A DNA stretch of 64,000 nucleotides from contig OX597820.1 in NCBI GenBank assembly GCA_951406725.2, positions 73,656,001 to 73,720,000 of the forward strand, read 5' to 3'. The position numbers and the translations under genes were made by a program. This document shows, one piece after another, positions 37,914-51,417 of the stretch (its first letter is position 1; the number at the start of each line of letters is the position of its first letter). The DNA is from Octopus vulgaris (taxonomy: Eukaryota). The notes beneath the pieces were generated by a model. The model saw only the letters and a list, made by a program, of their open reading frames with translations, made no database searches and was not told where the DNA came from.

Positions 37914-38482
37914 AGTTTGGCAAGAGTCCAATAAAATATATCTATGTTTGTGTGTCTGTGTTTATCCCCCGCTACAGCTTGACAGCCAGTGTTGGTGTGT
38001 TTACATCGCCATAACTTAGCAGTTCAGCAAAAGTGACCAGTAAAATAAGTGCCAGGCTTAAGAAATAAGTACAGGGGTTGATTTATTTGACTAAAAATTC
38101 GAGGTGGTGCCCCACCATACCTGTAGTCTAATGACTGGAACTAATAAAAGATACACACACACACACACACAGGTGCAGGAGTAGCTGTGTGGTAAGAAGC
38201 TTGCTTTTCAACCACATGGTTCTGGGTTCAGTCCTACTGTGTGGCACCTTGGGCAGGTGTCTTGTACTATAGCCTCAGGCCAACCAAAGCCTTGTAAATG
38301 GATTTGCTCAACGGAAACTGAAAGAATCCCATTATATATATGTATATCTATATACACACACATATATATATATGTATGTAATATAATTTTTCTGAATCTT
38401 CAAATTTTTCAATATGCTAGAGCACTGGTTTTAAGTTGATATTAATCAAATTAATATTCAATTTTTCATCCTTATTATTTTA

Positions 38483-38567
<85 letters not shown>

Positions 38568-39202
38568 GTATATATTTGTGTGTGTGTGTGTGTATTTGCA
38601 CCCCTCCCCCATCACTTGACAACTGATGTTGGTGTGTTTATGTCCCTATGACTTAGTGGTTTGGCAGAAGACACCGTTAGAATAAGTATTAGGCTTACAA
38701 TGAATAAGTCCTGGGGTCGATTGATTCGACTAAAGATGGTGCTCCAGCATGACTGCAGCCAAAATGACTGAAACAAGTAAAAGAATAAAAGAAAAAAATA
38801 ATACATATATGTATTAATGGGCTGGCATAGAACTGTAGTAGATGACACTTGCCTGTGGTGCCATGCAGTGGAACTGAACAAAAAACCGCATGGCTGAGAA
38901 GCAAGTTTCTTACCAAACAGCGACACCTATGCCGCAATGATGAGGATGATGGCTTGTTATTTTTACCGGTGATATAATTGCAATAATAGTTGACCACATC
39001 ATTAACCGGTGATTTGTATGCCATTTTGTAGAAAGAGTGCCAAATTCAAAAGGTGACCTGATGTAAATGAGATACACTCGAGAGCAATTTATGCTCATTG
39101 AATTACAACCTTAGGTTATATACAACAAAATCCTTTTTGATATTTTGTGGAAACATACTCTTAATTCTTCTTTGGCTGTTTATTACTTTCCTCTCTCGTT
39201 AG

Positions 39203-39357
39203 CTTTTATGTTTATGGACATAGAAGATCACATGACAAAATCATTATACAAGTAGGACTCAATAAAGAGAATCATTAAACATTTATTCAGCATTGACATC
39301 ACAGCAGCTGTTCAGCTATTTGAAGCAATTTCCTTCATATTACAACATTGCATTCAG
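39203..39357 (+). other. Candidate internal exon, non-coding or with one in-frame TAG
   Basis: Strong acceptor tattactttcctctctcgttag and donor CAG|gtgagt. All frames contain stops; one frame has only TAG 39253-39255. Confidence 0.4.
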
Positions 39358-41055
39358 GTGAGTTCTGATGTAACCTTAATCCTAAATTAGATTCTGTTGT
39401 TTCTTATCTCTACTTTTGATTTTAGATTTACATTTAGAGTACTCAAAAATATTCACCAACTGTTATATAAAATGACACAGTATAATCATCATTATCGTTT
39501 TAACATCCACTTTTCCATGCTTGCATGGGTCAGGGGTGAATTTGTTGTGGCAGATTTTCATGGTCAGATGCCTTTCCTGCTTCCAAGGTAATATTTCCCC
39601 ATTTGTAAACATGTTTTTATAGAAGATTAGAAATGAAGGACAGTCCTTGCATGATGGTGATGCTTACTTACAACTTCTTGTAGTGAAAATGGTACTCCTC
39701 TTCCCACGTGACAAAGTGGTGTGATGGGGCCACTATAAAGTCAGACAGTCAGTTCTTGTGGTAGGTCAGTAGTAGGAGAGTTGTCGTACAAGTTCTCAGT
39801 TTGAGCCAGTGTGAGTTACAGGATATATTCGAGTTTGAGTTAGTGTCAAAGTAGACATTTCAAAATTATTGTCTTGCGGAGCTATCAGTGATAGCACGAT
39901 AGACGAGTTGATAATAAAAGACACGGAATACTGCCACAACACAATAGTAGCAACAAGAATACAGTGCCAATTATAACATACAAGTGGACGTGGATCCACA
40001 TTATAACAACTATTATGTGATATCAAGGCAAGGAGGCAGTAACAAACTAACACACACACATACAATGGGCTTCTTTTCAGTTTCCATCTTCCAAGTCCAC
40101 TCATAAATTCATTCATAAGTGGCCCAAGGTGTCACGCTGTTGGACTGAACCCAAAACCATATGGTTGGGAAGCCAACTTCTTACCACACAGCCATGCCTG
40201 CACCTCACTGCCACCAGACTAAATACCACAATTATCACCAATGGCTAGTGTAATTAATATGAGATAGTTAATCAATCAAATGTATTGAAATTCTGCAAAG
40301 GAGTGAATTAATTTCATCATAGCAAAATAATTACAAAATTAAGATTAATAAAATATTTACAATTAACAGGAGCAGTTCAGGTTGATAGTTCAAGAAGTGA
40401 TTGTTAATTTAGCTTTCTAAAATGATATAAATTTATCAAATTGCAGGAACTTCTATGTGGTTGTTTAACCTGTTAGAAACAGAAGGCAAGTCTCCCTTAA
40501 TATCTCAGCCTTCTGTCTTTAAAATGACAGTTCTAGTAATGATGATGATAATTCTTTCTAATTTTAGGCACAAGGTCCACAAGTAATTTGAGGGTTGGGG
40601 GCAAGTCGCATCAACTCTTGTATGTAACTGGTACTTTATTTTTCAAACCCGCAAAAGAGGAAATGCAAAGTTGATTTCCATGGACTTTGAACTCAGAGCG
40701 TAAACAGCCAGAAGAAAGATTCTACCAGTTCATCGCATTAATAATAATAATGATGGTCACTCCCATCGGTTTCGACGTATCAGTGTTTGAAGGAGAGAGA
40801 GAACTGAAAGCTAAGGGAAGGAATAACAAAAACAAAAAACAAAAGCCAATAAGAGGCTGCATCTATTTACGATGGATGTGTGAATGTAATTTGAGTCCAG
40901 GCATGGATTTTGCTATGAAGGGACAATGGGGACATTGATGATTTCGATTTTGCCTGGGATTGAACAAATGTGTCTGTTGATTGCAGGGTATAGTTCTTCT
41001 ATTGTTTTTTTTCTTAAACGCAAATTGTTTGGATGCATTGTGATGCATTTTACTC

Positions 41056-42680
41056 ACAAGGCCTGAAATTTGGGGGATGGGGACCAGTTGATTGCATCGA
41101 CCCTAGTACATGACTGGTACTTATTTCATCAACCCTGAAAGGATGAAAGGCAAAGTTGACTTTGACACAGTTGAACTCAAAACATAAACAGCTGGGAGAA
41201 ATACTGTTAAGCAATTTGTGCGATGTGCTAATGATTCTGCCATGTTGTATTAATAATTAATAATTCTTTCTACTTTAGGCACAAAGCATGACATTTTGGG
41301 AGCAGGTGGCTAATCTATTACATCAACCCCAGTACTCAACTGGTATTTATCTTATCTACCCCGAAAGGAGTGAGAAGCAAAGTCAATCTCAGCAGAATTT
41401 GAACATCTAAACAAGTGGAGGGAAATACTATTAAGCATTTTGACTAATGTGTTTATGATTCTGCCAACTCACTGCATTAACAACAATAATCCTTTCTACT
41501 ATAGGCACAAGGCCTGAAATTTGGGGGTAGGGGTTAAATCAATTACATCAACCCCAGTACTCAACTGGTACTTGATTTATCAACCTCGAAAAGATGAAAG
41601 GCAAAGACAACCTCAGTGGAATTTGAACTCAGAACATAGTGATAGGCGAAATACCACAAAGCATTTTATCTCCCACCACTGCTTGACAACCGAAGTTGGG
41701 TTTTTTTATGTCAATGTAACTTAACGGTTCAGCAAAAGAGGCTGATAGAATAAGTACCAAGATTAAAAAAGAAATATATCTATTGGGGTTAATATTCCTC
41801 AAGGTGGTGTTCCAGCATGGCTGTAGTCTAGTGACTGAAAAGACAAAAGATAAAAGTATTACTAATCTTATTTTGTAAATCTCCTTATATATAATCACAG
41901 AATTATGAATAGCACATTTTCATTGGCATTCAAGCATAAATATGTTTTTTCCAAAGCCTTAAATTCATCATCATTATTTTAATGATACCAAAGTGGCAAG
42001 CTGGCAGAAACATTAGCATGCCGGGCGAAAGGCTTAGCAGTATTTCATCTGTCTTTACGTTCTGAGTTCAAATTCTGACAAAGTTGACTTTGCCTCTTAT
42101 CCTTTTGGGGGTCAATAAATTAAGTACCAGTTGTGTACTGAGGTCGATCAAATCGACTGGCCCCCTTCCTTAAAATTTTGGGCCTTGTGCCTAGAGAAGA
42201 AAAGAATATCTTGTTTATCTTAAGGTGGCGAGCTGGCAGAAATGTTAGTACGCTGGGTGAAATACTTAGTTGTATTTTGTGTCTTTACATTCTGAGCTCA
42301 AATTCCGCCATGGTTGACTTTGCCTATCATCCTTTTGGGGTCGATAAATTAAGTACCAGTTGCGTACTGGGGTCAATCTAATCGGTTGCCCCCCCCCCCC
42401 CCCAAAAAAAAATTTGGGGCCTTGTGCCTAGAGTAGAAAAGGTCATTTTAACAATGCCAGCAAGCTGGCAGAATCGTTACCGTTCTGGGCAAAACACTTA
42501 GTGGCATTTCGTCCGTCTTTACATTCTGAGTTCAAATTCCACTAAGGTTGACTTTGCCCTTCATCCTTTAGGGGTCGATAAAATATTATAAGTACCAATT
42601 GAGCACTGGTGAGGGTTGATGTAATCGACTTATCCCCCTCATCTAAAATTTCAGGCCTTGTGCCTATAGTAGAAAGGGTT
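41056..42680. mobile_element. SINE-A cluster: three minus copies (41056-41670) then three plus copies (41990-42680)
   Basis: Repeated SINE-A core in both orientations. Confidence 0.85.
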
Positions 42681-43057
42681 ATTTTAATATCCACTTTTCC
42701 TTACTTTCATGGGATGCATGGAATCTGTTGAGACAGATTTTCTATGGCTGGATGCTCTTCCTATCACCAGTCCTCTCCTGTTTTCAAGTAAGGAATTATT
42801 TTCTCATGACCAGGTATGTTTCCATGGAAGATAGGAAACAAAAATCATCACTTTCATGATGCTGACACTCGCTTGCTTACACCTATCACTTGAAAATAAA
42901 ACACACACATACACACAGACATATACATATGATAGGCTTCTTTCAGTTTCCATCTACCAAATCCACTTGCAAGGCTTTGGTGAGCCCTTAAATTACACAT
43001 GTAAATACTCCTTACATTACATTTAGATACCCCTTGTGGGCTACCATTGGTCCAGAG

Positions 43058-45070
43058 CAGGGTGGGGAAACCCCGCCTGCAGGTGCAATTGCATCTACGA
43101 ACTCATTTTAGTTCTGCAGGCTGATTGATATACTCGTATGTACAAAATAAAGTATATATTTCTATTATAAAATTTATACAATATTCGTATACCTATTTGC
43201 GACATAGATCAGGTTTCCACTACGACTTAATATGGTTGGACTCGAACAGAAATCATCCAGTAATTGCCATTTGAATTGAAATTTTGTTTTCACTATAAAA
43301 CACATATCGCTAGGTTTGTACCATTCCCTTGAGACCCAACTACACTTTAGCTGAGGAAACTTAAAATATATTGCACATATTGAAATAATTTTAATATGAA
43401 ATGAAAGTTGAAGGATTTTAGAAGGTACTTTGTAAAAATTATTCATATCCAAGAATCCCAAGTATTTAGATTTTCCTCTCTATTTCATTTTTCATATTTT
43501 TATGAAAAGAATTCTCTGAAATTGACACTCACCCTCTTTCTGTCAAATGATAAGCAAAAAAATATTTTAAAATCTATTAAAAGTCAAAAACAAATTGGTA
43601 AAGCTGCATCAAAACAAACTACTAATTTGGTGCTTTGTGAACAGAATTTATAAAAAAATATTTTTCTGTAAAAGCAGTGAAAAATAACTTTTTTTGAAAG
43701 GGGTGTCACATTTTTGCTATCAGTCTGTCAAGAAGGTCAACAGAAGTTGCTTTAATCTGCCATTGGCTTATCAGTTATTGCCCTTCCCTATCCACTCTCT
43801 TGTCAACACCTGTGTAGACAAGGGAGAGAGAAAAATCAAGTTAAACCTTGCAGAACCAAACAATATCTTAATTTTTGTACATTTTTATTTTTGACAATTT
43901 TTACAACACTAAATGCATGCATTACAACTATAAGCCAGTTGGCTTTTGCTTTTCTCAGGCAGTGGTAATAACAAAATTTCCAAATGTGATAATATAAATT
44001 TAACTGGTTTATAACTTTGTTAAATCAATTTCTATAATATACCCTTATCAATATGGCAAGTGGTTATAAAAATCCTAACAAAAAGAAATGCTGCTGAATG
44101 TGCTTTGTTTGTTGAAAAATGGACTGAGCTTTATTTTTTTATTGAAAAAGTGCATTTGTCTTATTTGCAATGAACAAGTAGTCGTTCATAAAAAATATAA
44201 TATTGAGAAGCATTTTGTGAGTAACCATAAGACCTATGGAAATTTGAAAGAATCTGAATATTTAGACAAGATAGCCTCCTTGAAAGAAAATCTGACCGAA
44301 AGACAAACTTTTTTTAGAAGGCCGATTCTTGAAAGTGAATCAGTTACTCGAGCTAGTTATGCATATGCGAAAATATTGCTAAAAAAACTCAAGCCGCACA
44401 GTGATGGTGAATTTGCGAAAGAATGTATCCTTATTGATGTTGAGAATATAAGCCCCGAAAATCTTAGTTTGTTTGGAAATATTAGCTTATCAAGAAAAAC
44501 TGTTTCTGATCGTATTAAAGATATTGCTGATAACATTCATAATTTTCTAAAATGTGAATCAGCAGAATTCCTATTATATTCATTAACTATTGATGAGACA
44601 ACTGATCTGTCTAATACTGCTCAGATGGCAATATTTATATGTGGAATAACTGCAAAATTCAACATTTGGGAAGAATTTTTGCTTTGAAATTAATGCATGG
44701 AACAACTAGAGGTGAAGATTTATTTCAAATGGTCGACTCAGCCTTAAAGGATTTAGATTTACCATATGAAAAAATGAGTGGTCTTGCTACAGATGGCGCT
44801 CGATTGATGGTAGGTCATGAAAGAGGGTTTGTAGCTCTGATTAAGAATGAATTTAAGAAGTATCTTTTAGATCTGGAAACTTTGTGTGTCACTGCTTTAA
44901 TCACATGGAAAGTTTATGTGCAAAATCTCTCAAGATGGGCAATGTGTAATGGAAGTTGTAACAAGGACATTAATTTGATAAAAAGCAAAGGGTTGAAAAA
45001 TAGGGAATTTAAAGAATTTTTGAAAGATCTTGAAGCCAACTGTGCAGACTTATTGTACCATTGTGTCTAG
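43058..45070 (+). mobile_element. hAT (Charlie/Buster/SPIN-like) transposon, 3'-truncated
   Basis: Left end cagggtggggaaac follows gtccagag, a Charlie-type target; transposase remnant downstream. Confidence 0.75.
44053..45070 (+). pseudogene. Frameshifted hAT transposase (GTF2IRD2/Buster-like)
   Basis: CICLICNEQV...KKYNIEKHF zinc finger, YSLTIDETTDLSNTAQMAIFI (first catalytic D), GTTRGEDLF, LATDGARLMVG; split across ORFs 44088..44687 and 44639..45070. Confidence 0.9.
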
Positions 45071-46254
45071 AGCCATACTATTGAATTTTTGGAATCAATA
45101 CAAATTGCACCAACTTATGGAAACCCTTAATATTTAGATTATTCTTCAAATTCCGCTGTCAACTTCGCCTCTCATCCTTTCAGGGTCAATAAATTAAGTA
45201 CCATTGCATACTGGGGTCGATCTAATCGACTGGCCCCCCTCCCCAAAAATTTTGGGCTTTGTGCCTAGAATAGAAAAGAATATTCAGAATATTCTGTCAA
45301 ATGTAATACTTATTATTTAATATTTGTTTTGAATTAATCAAGCATTATTTTGTCACTTTGAGATTTCAATGATGTGATCGTTTACTTTTAGAATGACATA
45401 GAATAGATGGGAGAAACCAGACCTGGCCAGTCTGAACATAAAATATATAGAACATGGCCGGATATATTAAAGAGTTAAAGAAATCTTTGAAAGCTATATT
45501 TATGAATATAGGTTTCCAATTTCACTTTACAAATTTTACTGTTTTATTTTCATTTTTTGTTTTGTCATTTTAATTAACTTCATAGCACATAAATTATCAA
45601 GCATCATTTAACATCCTCATCATTTAACACATGCTTGTGAGGGCCAGACGGAATTTGTTGAAATAATTTTTTTTTTCTCTGCCATAGCGTGTTTCATTGA
45701 CCTATAATCGTTGGAAGACATGATATTTAAAAAATAATTATAAATTGTCTCTAATTAGTAGGAAAACATTTTGTGATTTTTTGCAGTAGTTAGGTAATTA
45801 AAGTGCTATTGTTGTGTGCAAGTTTTTAATTAGGTTTTAGCTGAACATTCCAAATCCTTTATATCTGAGACTGACTAAAAATTACTTAACTTTTAGATTC
45901 TTTTGTCCTAATTAAAAATATTTTTCATTGATAGCATCTTCTTAATCCATTGCTTCAAGTCAGTATTAATCCTCTCCAGAATGCATCATATTTCCAACTT
46001 TTTCTTTTTCATTAGTAACTTACAGTTTATTACCACTAATCCCAGTGATTTTTAATCTAATGACCCAACACTCTATTCCTTGCTCCATTAAACCTAATGT
46101 CTCATGACTAATGTAAAAAGGTCTCTGATGAAATTACATCTCTTTCATCAATGAGGACTTATCCTATTTTTTCATTAAAGTCCTTGGTCATGCACAACAA
46201 GGTAGAACTACAAGGGCAGAAACTGAAAAATACTACTACAAGAGAAGGGGACTT

Positions 46255-46685
46255 ACTCTTTTACTTGTTTCAGTCATTTGACTGCTGCCATGCCAGAGCA
46301 CTACCTTCAGTCAAGCAAATCGACCCCAGAGCTATTCTTTGTATGCCTAGTACTTATTCTCTTGGTCACTTTTGCTGAACCGCTAAGTTACGGGGACATA
46401 AACACACCAGCATCAGTTGTCAAGCGATGTTGGGGGGAGAAACACAGACACACAAACATATACACACACATACACATACATATATATATATACATATATA
46501 CGACGGGCTTCTTCCAATTTCGGGCTACCAAATCCACTCACAAGGCTTTGGTCAGCCCGAGGCTATAGTAGAAGACACTTGCCCAAGGTACCATGCAGTG
46601 GGACCGAACCTAAGACTATGTGGTTGGTAAGCAAGCTACTTAACATACAGCCACTCCTGCACCTATACTTACCTCACAGCCAATC
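46255..46685 (-). mobile_element. SINE-B, full-length
   Basis: Reverse complement of 54367-54780. Confidence 0.9.
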
Positions 46686-47760
46686 TTTTTTTTTTTTTTT
46701 GCAAACAAATTCCCTAGTGTTAAATGCAGAATAAAATGTACCAATTCCATGCTATGTGATGGTTGGCATCAGGAAAGACATCTTACTGTAAAACCATATG
46801 ATTGGTAGTTTTATTTGTTGTCATGTTCATTAAATGATAAAACACCAAGACATATGATGAGATGCTATAGTAAAACAGACTCCTCTCAACCTTGCCAGCA
46901 TGCAAACCTGATGCAAAATGAGGATGACAAGCCAATAGTAATGAAAAGATGACTCAAATGCTAATTGGCAGAGAAATTGCCTAACATCATATTCTCATCA
47001 GAAAGCACATGGCTTAGTAGTTAGGATGTTGTACTCACAATTGCAAGATCATGGTTTCAGTTCATGGACTAGGCAGTGAGTTATTTTCTCGAGTAAAGCC
47101 CTTCATTTCAAGTTGCTTCAGTCCCCTCAGCTGTAAATGCAACTGACTGATGTCCCATTCAGGGAGAATGTTGTGATATTGGTCACTTATACACTGTGGA
47201 AGCCAGGTCACTAGTCTTCTGAGTCCTAAGACTTGAAACAGTAATATTCAGAGGTTGGTGATGATGATATGCTATTACTGGGAGTTGTTGATGAGAATAT
47301 CATCCTACATAGACCCACCCACCCACCCACCCATCTATATGTGCCTGGCTATCATACACTATTTTGTCTCTGTCTTTCCTCAAACTGTGGGAAGTATTTT
47401 TTTACCACATAGACAGCTCATAGGATTGTCATAAATAAACAAAACAAAGACGCCAATCTCTACTACATAAACACAACGGTAATTACAAAAATTACCTAAA
47501 TAACCGTAGACATCCCTCATTATCTGCTCTATTAGAAATTATGGTTTCAACATATATGTGTCTATGCTTATGTTTAAACTGACTTAAAACCCAGTATTGT
47601 TTTATGATACATTCTTTAATGTCACCTAAGTCAGGAGGTCAACAGGTAATGACAATGAAATTATGTACCATTCTTAAATAATGGGGTTGATATAAACGCC
47701 TGAAACCTTTAAAGGCTGTGTTCTACATAATTCTGACCAATGATTGAAACCAGTAATAAC

Positions 47761-48035
47761 CAGGGCTGTGGAGTCAAAACAAAAAACTTTGACTGACTCC
47801 TGTACTATTGGCATCTCCGACTCTGACTCCTCTTTATGTAATTAAAGTGATTGTGGTCTACATATCTCATAAAGCATAAGCATACGCTTGTACTTTGAGT
47901 AGGCCTATATGTTATAACTGGTTCATATTAAAGAATAAGATATTGTGAGTCGGAATCAGAGTTGGTCTAGTTTTATCGACTCTGACTCCAGCTACCCCTT
48001 AATTGTTTCTGACTGACTCTGACTCCACAGCCCTG
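47761..48035. mobile_element. hAT MITE with perfect TIR and 8-bp TSD
   Basis: cagggctgtggagtc...gactccacagccctg; TSD gtaataac at 47753-47760 and 48036-48043; internal gactc repeats. Confidence 0.92.
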
Positions 48036-48729
48036 GTAATAACTGAATTATGGATACATGTTACAGTTTCTCATGTTAACATGTTGCTGTTGTTTAGCCC
48101 CAGGTCAGCCTGGATCAAGCAGATCACAGTTGTTCCAGATGCAACATTCCAATTTTATTTATCTAAAACTACCTCATCCAGTTTTTCTTTCCTTTTCTTA
48201 ACCCTTTAACATTTAGATTAATCCATCAACAATAATGCTCATTTATCCTCATTGTTTCAAATTAATCATGTATTATCTTATAGCTATGTGATTTTCATGA
48301 TGTGATTGTCTATGTTTAAAATGACCTTGTAGGGTAGGTGTAAGAGGCCAGTTTGAATGTAAAACATCAAATATTTGGGCTGAATATGGCCTGTTTGAAT
48401 GCTAAAGGGTTATAGTTGAATATAACCGGGAAAGCATACTAAAGATTCAGCTTATAGCTATGCTTTAGTTTTTTTGGGAACCAGAATACATACAACATCA
48501 GGCACTTTGTTTCCTTTATTGGGCTGGGGCTATGCTAGGGCACCACCTTGAAGGGTTTTAGTCGAACAAATCAACCCCAGTACTGTTTTTTAAACTCTGG
48601 TGCTTATTTTATTGGTCTCTTTTGCTGAACTGCTAAGTCATGGGGAGGTAAACAAACCAAAACCAATTGCCAACTGATAACGGTGAACACACACACACAT
48701 TTAGAGTGCTTTTTTTTTTTATCTATGTT

Positions 48730-49130
48730 TACTCTTTTACTTGTTTAGTCATTTAACTGCGGCTATGCTGGAGCACCACCTTTAGTTGAACAACTCAACC
48801 CGAGGACTTATTCTTTGTAAGCCTAATACTTATTCTATCGGTCTCTTTTGCCGAACCACTTAATTACGGGAATGTAAACGCACCAACATCAGTTGTCAAG
48901 CGATGATAGGGGACAAACACACACATACAAATATATATATATATGTATATATATATATACACACACGACGGGCTTCTTCCAGTTTCCGGCTACCAAATCC
49001 ACTCACAAGGCTTTGGTCGGCCCAAGGCTGTAGTAGAAGACACTTGCCCAAGGTATCACACAGTGGGACTGAACCCAGAACCATGTGGTTGAGAAGCAAA
49101 CTTCTTACCACACAGCCACTCCTGCACCTA
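48730..49130 (-). mobile_element. SINE-B, full-length
   Basis: Same family, minus orientation. Confidence 0.9.
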
Positions 49131-50266
49131 CATATATATATATATATACACACATGCATGCACGCATGTACACGCACACACACACATGATGGGCTCTCCA
49201 TGAAGTTTCCATTTACTGAATTCACTCACAAGGAGCTGGTCGGCTTGGAGCTGTAGTAGAAGATATTTGCCCAAGATGCCATGCGGTGGCATTGAACAGA
49301 AAACCACATGGTTGCAAAGTGACTTTCATTTCCATTTAAAAAAATTTTTCTCATCGGTGGTGTATGATACTGAAATTCCAGATTGTACTACATTTACTTT
49401 GCTGTCAAGTATATTTTTGGGAATCAGGAGATATTGGTATTGTGTCAGAAATAGTAGAGCTTCTCTGTGTAGAATATTGACAAGTCCTTTTAGGATTTCT
49501 TTGAGTTGAGTTGCATCCTAGAATTGAACAACTTGTTATAACTATAATTTATCTCTGTTGAAGAAACAGGCAGCAGTTTAGAATGTGCGTGTTTAAAGGT
49601 GTGTGAAGCGATGTTTTAGAATATATTGGAGAAGATTCTAACCATAGAATATGTAACTTGCATCTTAATCTTTGATGTTGAGAAATGTTATTTTTTTTTC
49701 TTCTTTTAGTTGATTTATTTATTTTGAATTGTGTGTCTTGTGAACAATAAGCATTGTTGGTTATAAGTATCCATTGATATTAGAAGGTATTTTTCTTTTT
49801 ACACTGGTTTATCAGTTTTTCTCTCTGATGTGAATAGAGCTGAGTGCACTCATTCACACTCGCACAGCATCATCATCATTTATCATCGACTTTTCCATGT
49901 TTATATATGTGCCAGACAGAATTTGTTGCCATATTTTTTATCCTGTCACCAACACTCACTTTTTTCCAACGTCTGTCTTTACGTTCTGAGTTCAAATTCT
50001 GCCAAGGTTGACTTTGCCTTTCATCCTTTCGGGTTCGATAAATTAAGTACCTGTTACGCACTGGGGTCGATGTAATCGACTTAATCCCTTTCTCTGTACC
50101 CTCTATGTTTAGCCCCTTGTGGGCAATAAAGAGATAAGAAGCACATATATGACAGGCTTCTTTCAGTTTCCATCTACCAAATCCACTTACAAGGCTTTGG
50201 TCTGCCCAGGGCTATAGTAGAAGGCACATGCCCAAGGTGCCACACAATGAAACTAAACCTGAGACC

Positions 50267-50527
50267 CAGTAGTGTAGCTAGAGTGTGTGCTGCTTGGGGT
50301 GGCCCTTCAGTTTTTCCACACCCAGGCCCCCACAAGAAAATACATATTGCACTGTGAGTATATTGGTTGTTGCATTTAAGGGTGAGTAGTGTCAGTGTCC
50401 CAACATTAAAACCACTATCATTTGATTTCAGTACAGCCTATACAGGCATATAGTCTACAGCACCCCAAAAGTGGTATTTCCCCCTATAAGAGTTCCACCC
50501 ACTCCACTCCCTTCTAGCTACTCTAGT
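50267..50527. mobile_element. Degenerate hAT-like MITE inserted in a SINE-B
   Basis: cagtagtgtagctag...ctagctactctagt imperfect TIRs; the SINE resumes after it (accatagattgggaagc). Confidence 0.5.
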
Positions 50528-50944
50528 TTTAAAACCATAGATTGGGAAGCACACTTCTTAACCATGCAGTGATATCCATTTGCAACCATCTCATTATCTC
50601 AAGACAAGAGCACACACAAACACACATATGATAGGCTTCTTTCAGTTTCCATCTACTAAATCCACTTACAAGGCTTTGGTCTGCCCACAGTTATAGTAGA
50701 AGACACTTGCCCAAGGTGCCACACAATGAGACTGAACCATACAGCCATGTCACAAACACCAATCCAAAGTTATGACAGAAAATGTTTGCCAAAGATGCAT
50801 GCTTTGGGATTGAACCTAGAAACCTACAACAGTAGCAAATGTCTTAATTACACAGCCATATCTGCACCCAGACATTTTCATTTTCCTTCATTTAATGTTT
50901 TTTACATTGTTCTTACTTTGTTAGGATTTTTATTTTATTTTTAA

Positions 50945-51417
50945 CTGGGCACATAAAATGCACCATCCGGACGTGGTCAATGCCAGGTCCGCCTGACTGG
51001 CTCCTGTGCCAGTGGCACGTAAAAAGCACAACCTGAATGTGATCAATGCCAGGCTCGTCTGACTGGCTCCTGTGCCAATGACACGTAAAAAGCACCATTT
51101 TAATGTAGGCAATGCCACAGTACCCACTGATTGGCTTCTGTGCCGGTGGCACATAAAAAGCACCTTCCAAACGTGGCCGATGCCAGTACCCACTTACTGA
51201 CTCCTGTGCTGGTGGCACGTAAAAAGCACTATCCGAATGTGGCATGTAAAAAGCACCCACTACACTCTATGAGTGGTTGGTGTTAGGAAAGGCATCCAGC
51301 TGTAGGAACATTGCCAAATCAGATTGGAGCCTGGTTTAGCCGCTGGCTTGCCAGACTTCAGTCAAACCGTCCAGCCCATGCCAGCATGGAAAACGGACGT
51401 TAAATGATGATGATGAT
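50945..51417 (+). mobile_element. RTE 3'-UTR repeat with internal ~55-bp minisatellite and (GAT)n tail
   Basis: Repeated ggcacgtaaaaagcacc...gactggctcctgtgcc units; ends catggaaaacggacgttaaatgatgatgat. Confidence 0.8.

Noticed and set aside
39256-39357. FSIDITAAVQLFEAISFILQH loosely recalls a COMMD10 helix
   Set aside because: Short match from memory, an upstream stop codon, and no other COMMD exons found.
50950-51260. Regularly spaced ggcacgtaaaaagcacc repeats resembling a CRISPR array
   Set aside because: The spacers are mutually similar; this is a minisatellite in an RTE 3' UTR, in a eukaryotic context with no cas genes.
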